DNA of 64,000 nucleotides from Candidatus Bathyarchaeia archaeon (lineage in GTDB: Archaea; Thermoproteota; Bathyarchaeia; Bathyarchaeales; Bathycorpusculaceae). A program made the translations under genes and the position numbers. Positions 59,101 to 64,000 of the stretch are shown here, piece by piece. The DNA is taken from positions 1-64,000 of the forward strand of contig JBEKHN010000009.1 in the NCBI GenBank assembly GCA_050012255.1. Reading direction: 5' to 3'. Numbering within the stretch: position 1 is the stretch's first letter; the number at the start of each line of letters is the position of its first letter. Below the pieces are notes generated by a model. It was given only the letters and a program-made list of their open reading frames with translations, searched no databases and was not told the DNA's origin.

Positions 59101-59902
59101 CGTGGGTCCCATGTCCGTTGTCATCCATGGGATCTGGATCTTTGTTCACCCAGTCGTATCCCAGCGGAACGTAGTTCGGAGCAATGTCAGGGTGACTCCA
59201 ATAAATTCCTGTGTCAACAACTGCCACAAGCATCGAAGCGTTGCCCGTTGTTGTATTCCACGCATAGTCAGCCTGTATTTTGGCTGGTCCCCATTGGTTT
59301 AGCCAGTAGGGATCGTTTGGAGTGAAGTCAGCCTTGAACTTCACGTCTGGCTCGATGTATCTTGCCCACCTTGACAGTTCGGCTCTCGACACAAAAGTGG
59401 ATACAGTGTCAACGGGGACCCTGATGACAAGAGCCGAGGTCTTTCTGTCCATCACAAGAGTTTCCGCGAGCTTGCCTCCGCTGTTCGCAATGAGGTCTAT
59501 TAAGTCAGAATAATGGTTCTTTTCGGCATCGTTAAGCCCAATCACCAACTCTGCTGAACCGTTGTCAATCCAATCAGAATTATTCCAGCCGGATGTGCTA
59601 AAGGTGTCTGATGTGCCCGTATCCATGAATGGCGGATAAACATTGTTCGTCGATTTTGTGTTTAATCCCTTCTGGGCAGCAGTCTTCATGGTTTGTGCTG
59701 ACTCATATCCGGTCCAAACGCCGTCAGAATTTGCGGCATCTCCCATAAACGTGGCGTATTGCATCATCGGCACGCCTGCCGACCCACCATAGGACAAGGT
59801 CCACGGTTTAGACTGTAGCTCTGACTGAACGCTGGATATGAGAGGGAGGATCTCCATCAGCAAAATCAGAATCAGAACAAGAAGTCGTTTCTTCAACCTC
59901 AC
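56129..59902 (-). CDS. Secreted S8 subtilisin-like peptidase with CARDB, NosD/beta-helix repeats and dockerin-like tail
   Basis: Signal peptide; VDTG, HGTHVAG and GTSMASPHVAG; PbH1 repeats; two DIN.D..VDIYD repeats. Confidence 0.95.
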   Translation of the reverse strand: MRLKKRLLVLILILLMEILPLISSVQSELQSKPWTLSYGGSAGVPMMQYATFMGDAANSDGVWTGYESAQTMKTAAQKGLNTKSTNNVYPPFMDTGTSDTFSTSGWNNSDWIDNGSAELVIGLNDAEKNHYSDLIDLIANSGGKLAETLVMDRKTSALVIRVPVDTVSTFVSRAELSRWARYIEPDVKFKADFTPNDPYWLNQWGPAKIQADYAWNTTTGNASMLVAVVDTGIYWSHPDIAPNYVPLGYDWVNKDPDPMDDNGHGTHVAGTIAAAINNSIGIAGLANVRIMAEKVLDQYGSGTASDIAEGIIHAVDNGAKIINLSLGATFNTQTMYEAVRYAFDHGVLVVAAAGNSASNVKQYPAGYDEVVAVSATNMQDSLAGFSNYGGWVDVAAPGVHIYSTWINNSYVYLSGTSMASPHVAGVAALIWSRFLNMTRDQVWAQLQYTADDLGAPGFDVYYGFGRINARKAVEQAPLDHDLLVLRMRTSSYVQLGTQPTVNTTILNMGSNDESNITVELLVNGTLADSSAIGFLTSGASRMVSLSWNATVEGMYNVTTCVLPVTGETSIGNNAFPTEVTCNSPRVIRVPNDYSTIQRAVNAANGGDTIFVASGTYRETIQIVTSGLTLVGENRNSTIIDGGGRDNVVSVTADDVKVDNFTIQNGGKDNAGVLLLGSNANTINNTLILNNTYGIFLVFSPSTIARNNAVTNNTYNFDLYGESIMDFIQDIDSSNTVNGKPIYYLVNQRDNNVPTDAGYVAVVNSTNISVKDANLSGNSEGVLFAYTVDSSIQNVNASDNGFGIHLYESMNNSVTDTSLSNNEEGIYLASSNNNTVAFSTLSNNSFGLDMVTSYNNAASNVNALYNTYGVLLEMSGNNSLRSCNMTSNQFNFGVTGTQLVDLVNDVNTSNTVDGRPVYYWINQLDKQVPEDAGYVAVVNSVNITVAQLNITKNVQGILFAFTTNSTVSENSVAENYQDGIVLYSSDRNRISANNLVANGISIEIIGSSNNTVYHNNFMGGNVEALCYNSTNLWDNGYPSGGNYWINYAGVDLRKGESQNETSIDGIGDTENFIDSSNIDHYPLMKPYAGPHDIGITSVNLSKTFVGQGYPVNITAVVLNYGEQLEIFNITLKADPAPNQTQTLTLTIRNATVVAFSLSTAGLSYGNYTLSIHALSIHAGPVPNETDTSDNNYYTSITVTMPGDINGDHTVDIYDAILLSAAFNTKPGNSNWNPNADINSDGIVDIYDAIIQSAHFKPH

Positions 59903-60095
59903 CTTTCCCAGTCTTAGAATGTGCTAACCGCAAAATATAAGTCTTATAAAAATCGTGTTGCGCTGCTACTCAACGGTCAAATCTGTCTGGGCTGGATGAC
60001 CAGACTTGGCCCACTTCTTTAAGAGTTTGTCTACGGGCTTTCTTCGACTCCAAAATGGTCGAGAGAAGGGGCGAGCGAGAGCCTGTCTATTTGTC

Positions 60096-60392
60096 CTAGA
60101 GTTTTACGATTTGAGCGTGTGGCACGCCTTCTATGTTCAACACTGCCTCTGGGTGTACGAAGCCTCTTTCTATCGCTTTTTTTACGATGTTCTTGCCCAC
60201 CATGTTAACTATTGTAGACGCTTCAATCAGAGACACTGCCTCTTCAAGAGGTACTCTGGCGCCCTTGTAGAAGTCTTCCTTAACAGAGAAAACTATCTTT
60301 CCTTCATGCAAAGTTTTTCCAAGAATGTCAATGTCACACATGCAGAGAAGCACGTTTCTGCCGACCTTCTTCAGGTTCATGTAGACTTCCAA
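60096..60392 (-). CDS. DUF424 family protein
   Basis: CD.DILGK, FY.G, N.VG and VPHAQ motifs. Confidence 0.9.
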   Translation of the reverse strand: MEVYMNLKKVGRNVLLCMCDIDILGKTLHEGKIVFSVKEDFYKGARVPLEEAVSLIEASTIVNMVGKNIVKKAIERGFVHPEAVLNIEGVPHAQIVKL

Positions 60393-60405
60393 TGTTTGAA
60401 CACTC

Positions 60406-60816
60406 TTACAGCTGCTTGATAGAAGACCTTGCCCCGCATGCTTCGCACACTAGGAAAGATAAGCGCTTTTCTTTAACGATTTTCGTGTCCGGACGCTTGC
60501 ACACGGGACACACGACGAAGGTCTCTAAGTATCTCTGAATGAGTCTCTGAAAAGTGTCCTCTGAAAACTTGCCCTGGAAAATCACCCTTGACGCCTGCAT
60601 CGTTGCAGCCGTGGCCATTTCACCCGTCAAGAACTTGAGCAGGTGTTGCGGGTCACGGTTCAAGGCGTCAGCGACTTCTTTGAAATTGTAAATCACCGTG
60701 CGCATGCCTATCCTTGCGTAGCTCAGCCTAGGGAGTTCCAAGCGTTCACGCTTTGAGGCCACCTCTGGAAACTGGCCTCGTGCTCGCTTAAGCAGTTCGT
60801 CATAGTCATATTTCAT
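60406..60816 (-). CDS. eif2b: Translation initiation factor aIF-2 beta subunit
   Basis: YDELLKRA, LNRDP.H and CPVCKRPDT..CEACGA; start reassigned to ATG 60816. Confidence 0.95.
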   Translation of the reverse strand: MKYDYDELLKRARGQFPEVASKRERLELPRLSYARIGMRTVIYNFKEVADALNRDPQHLLKFLTGEMATAATMQASRVIFQGKFSEDTFQRLIQRYLETFVVCPVCKRPDTKIVKEKRLSFLVCEACGARSSIKQL

Positions 60817-61109
60817 GGGTGAACTCTCCAACAGAAACAAGACGCAACACACTATTAAAGACTTTATTCTAAAAAGTCAGATCTCTGTCTCATGTGTGCG
60901 AGCTGCAGCTGCTGCAAGGATTTGGAAAATCCTAAAAACAGGCATCAACAAATCACACAAAGGGGACATGGATGGGCCATGCATATCTGTACATTGGGAC
61001 GGGCGCTCTCTTTCAGCTCGACTCGCTCCTCACCCTTCAAAGAGCCCATCTTGCGAATACTTGAAAAAGCTTAAAGAAGCAACAGCGTTCTACTTTCTAA
61101 TTCCCAACG

Positions 61110-62519
61110 GTGAAGTTTGTGACCAGACCCAGCCATCCTTACATCCCCAACTCCGTTTCCGAAACCAAACAGGAAATGATGCGAGAAATAGGCATACGTG
61201 ACATCACTGAATTGTACAGAGACGTTCCAGAGAAGTACATTCTGAAGAAAAGGCTAAACCTTCCAGAGAAGGGCTTGTCTGAGTTCGAAGTCAGAAAGCA
61301 TGTTGAAGCCTTGCTGTCAAAAAATGATGCAAACAACCGTATGTCAGTTTTCTTAGGTGCAGGCTGCTGGCCCCATTATGTGCCAGCCGTCGTTCAAGAG
61401 ATTGTTCAGCGCAGCGAGTTTCTAACGTCCTACACTCCGTACCAGCCTGAAATCTCACAGGGCATGCTTCAAGCGCTTTTTGAATATCAAAGTATGATCT
61501 GTGAACTGACAGGTATGGCCGTTGCTAACTGCTCAATGTACGACTGGGCTTCCGCACTAGGCGAAGCGGCGCGCATGGCTACAAGGGTCAAGAGGCGCAA
61601 GGAGGTGTTGGTTCCGAAGCTTATTCATCCTGAGAGAGCCTCAGCGCTGAAAGTCTACTCTGACCCAGTAGGAATCAAGATCAGAGAAGTTGCCTATCAT
61701 ACGGAGACGGGGCAGCTGAACCTCGAAGATTTAAAAAGCAAAATCTCAGACGAAACGGCAGCCGTCTACGTGGAAAACCCGCACTATTTAGGATTCATCG
61801 AAACACAGGCTGAGGAGATAAGCCAGGAAGCACACTTGCACAACGCCCTTTTCATAACAGGGGTCGACCCAACGTCACTTGGATTGTTGAAGCCTCCGGG
61901 CGAATATGGGGCAGACATCGTCGTCGGAGAGGCTCAACCCCTGGGGAACGCGATGAACTTCGGTGGTCCTCTGTTAGGAATAATGGCTTGCCGCGACGAC
62001 ATGACTCTGATAAGACAGATGCCGGGCAGAATAATCGGGCTGACCACAACTCAAGACGACAGCAGACAGGGCTTTTGCATGACGATGCAAACTCGCGAGC
62101 AGCACATAAGACGGGAGAAAGCCACGTCTAACATCTGCACGAACGGAGCTCTGTGCGCAGTGGCTTCCGCCGTTTACATGGCTTTGCTCGGACCAGAAGG
62201 CCTGCGCGAGCTCGGAGAAACAATAATGTACAAGGCCAACTACGCCATGCGTCTGCTTTCAAGAATAGGCAACGTCAGAGTCCCCATTTTCAAAGCAGCA
62301 CACTTCAAAGAGTTCGCAGTTAACTTCGACCAAACAAACCTTACGGTCAATGAGGTCAACGGAAGACTTTTGAAGCATCAGATTCAGGGAGGAAAAGACC
62401 TGTCAAAAGAGTTCCCCGAGCTGGGTCAGGCAGCATTGTTCTGCGTGACCGAAATCCACTCAGAAGAGGAGATTCAACGCCTCGCGAATGCTCTTGAAGA
62501 AATAGTGGGCGAGAGATGA
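61110..62519 (+). CDS. gcvPA: Glycine cleavage system P protein subunit A
   Basis: FLGAG, YTPYQPEISQG and REQHIRREKATSNIC motifs. Confidence 0.96.
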   Translation: MKFVTRPSHPYIPNSVSETKQEMMREIGIRDITELYRDVPEKYILKKRLNLPEKGLSEFEVRKHVEALLSKNDANNRMSVFLGAGCWPHYVPAVVQEIVQRSEFLTSYTPYQPEISQGMLQALFEYQSMICELTGMAVANCSMYDWASALGEAARMATRVKRRKEVLVPKLIHPERASALKVYSDPVGIKIREVAYHTETGQLNLEDLKSKISDETAAVYVENPHYLGFIETQAEEISQEAHLHNALFITGVDPTSLGLLKPPGEYGADIVVGEAQPLGNAMNFGGPLLGIMACRDDMTLIRQMPGRIIGLTTTQDDSRQGFCMTMQTREQHIRREKATSNICTNGALCAVASAVYMALLGPEGLRELGETIMYKANYAMRLLSRIGNVRVPIFKAAHFKEFAVNFDQTNLTVNEVNGRLLKHQIQGGKDLSKEFPELGQAALFCVTEIHSEEEIQRLANALEEIVGER

Positions 62520-64000
62520 AAACCATGTACAAACAGGCGAACTGGGATGAGCCGGTTATTTTCAACCTCGGAAAGAAGGGACGGAGAGGGCATGTCCTTC
62601 CAGCTGTCGAGGACGAAATTAGAGAAGCTGTAGGTGATCTCAACGCGCTTCTACCAAGAAACATGCAGAGGAAGAGCAAGCTTGCTCTTCCAGAGCTTTC
62701 TGAGGTCGAGGTTAACAGGCACTTTTTGCATTTGTCTGAGATGAATTATGGTGTTGACTCAGGGTTCTATCCTCTCGGAAGCTGCACCATGAAGTACAAT
62801 CCGAAAATCAACGAGCTGCTGGCAAGTTCGCCCGCGTTAGGAATGATCCACCCGTATCAGGATGAAAGCACAGTGCAGGGCATGCTGGAGATTCTGTTCA
62901 AGCTTGAACGTTGGCTCAGTGAGATAACTGGAACATACGAGGTCTGTTTGCAACCTGCTGCAGGAGCTCATGGTGAGCTTCTGGGTACGTTGTTGATGCA
63001 TGCATGCCTAAAATCGAACGGTGAGTGCGAAAAGAGGACAGAATTGATCGTTCCTGACTCTGCACATGGGACGAACCCTGCAAGCGCGTCAATGGCTGGC
63101 TTCAACGTAGTAGTTCTCCCATCAGGTGGTGACGGTTGCATGGATTTGGAGGCTCTCAAGTCGGTCACCTCGAATAAAACGGCAGGCTTGATGCTTACCA
63201 ACCCCAACACTCTCGGAATATTCGAAAAGGACATTGAAGAAATAGCCAAAGTTGTCCATGACGCGGGGGGCCTTCTTTACTATGACGGGGCAAACCTCAA
63301 TCCGCTGCTCGGCAAGGTCAGACCAGGTGACATGGGCTTTGATATTGTTCACATCAACATCCACAAGACCTTCAGCACACCTCACGGGGGAGGCGGACCC
63401 GGAGCAGGCCCGGTCGGTGTGTCGAAAGCCTTGGTTGATTTCTTGCCAGTTCCACGAATAGTTTACGACGGAAAGCGGTACCACTTGGACTATGAAAGGC
63501 CACGAAGCATTGGAAAGATCAGGAGCTTCTATGGAAACGTCGCAGTCCTGTTTAAGGCTTATGTCTACGTGCTTAGCATGGGTTCTGAAGGACTGAAGGA
63601 AGCAGCCGAAGTCTCGACATTGAACGCTAATTACTTGATGAAGAAGCTCAGTCGGATCAAAGGCATGGCTCTCCCTTACGACGCCGAAAAGCTGAGAAAG
63701 CATGAATGCGTCCTCAGCGCCAAGCCTTTGAAGGACGACACTGGCGTTTCAGCTTTAAACATAGCAAAGCGCTTGCTTGACTACGGTCTGCACGCGCCGA
63801 CGGTCTATTTTCCCCTCATTGTGGATGAGGCGTTAATGATTGAACCAACGGAAACCTTCGAGAAGGAGGAAATAGACCGGTTCGCTGACACGATGCAAAA
63901 AATCTGCGAAGAGGCGTATGCACGCCCTGATGTCATCCTGAAGGCGCCGCACAACACGGCTGTCTCGCGTCTAGATGAAGTTAAGGCGTCCCATCCTAAC
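62516..64000 (+). CDS. gcvPB: Glycine cleavage system P protein subunit B (runs off the window end)
   Basis: Manual translation: YPLGSCTMKYNP, SAHGTNPASA, HKTFSTPHGGGGPG; ATGA overlap with gcvPA. Confidence 0.95.
   Translation, partial: MKTMYKQANWDEPVIFNLGKKGRRGHVLPAVEDEIREAVGDLNALLPRNMQRKSKLALPELSEVEVNRHFLHLSEMNYGVDSGFYPLGSCTMKYNPKINELLASSPALGMIHPYQDESTVQGMLEILFKLERWLSEITGTYEVCLQPAAGAHGELLGTLLMHACLKSNGECEKRTELIVPDSAHGTNPASASMAGFNVVVLPSGGDGCMDLEALKSVTSNKTAGLMLTNPNTLGIFEKDIEEIAKVVHDAGGLLYYDGANLNPLLGKVRPGDMGFDIVHINIHKTFSTPHGGGGPGAGPVGVSKALVDFLPVPRIVYDGKRYHLDYERPRSIGKIRSFYGNVAVLFKAYVYVLSMGSEGLKEAAEVSTLNANYLMKKLSRIKGMALPYDAEKLRKHECVLSAKPLKDDTGVSALNIAKRLLDYGLHAPTVYFPLIVDEALMIEPTETFEKEEIDRFADTMQKICEEAYARPDVILKAPHNTAVSRLDEVKASHPN

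Noticed and set aside
60815-61109. Glycine riboswitch or Cys-rich ORF upstream of gcvPA
   Set aside because: No aptamer consensus seen; the ORF lacks an RBS and motifs

Overview
Archaeal chromosomal window, most likely Bathyarchaeia (inferred from the thermosome, aIF-2beta/RIO1/Dim2 genes, LonB, dockerin-tailed secreted proteins and a Fae domain). It is mostly housekeeping and metabolic genes, with one tRNA-His, an integrase remnant and several decayed gene fragments; no CRISPR array or rRNA was seen. The most notable observations are five. (1) A DapA-like class I aldolase fused to a formaldehyde-activating-enzyme (Fae) domain and lacking the DHDPS substrate Arg, suggesting a formaldehyde-linked aldolase. 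(2) A recurrent intergenic TAGCGCGCGC(G) motif that sits exactly at the break points of at least three truncated genes. (3) A cluster under a divergent PadR pair with a ComQ-like prenyltransferase, a mini-ORF, an MFS protein, a geranylgeranyl-reductase-like enzyme and a radical SAM/SPASM enzyme. (4) A stand-alone protein resembling the eukaryotic peptide:N-glycanase core. (5) Tandem DUF72 proteins with extra C-terminal domains. All product calls rest on motifs recognised by eye; no database search was run.
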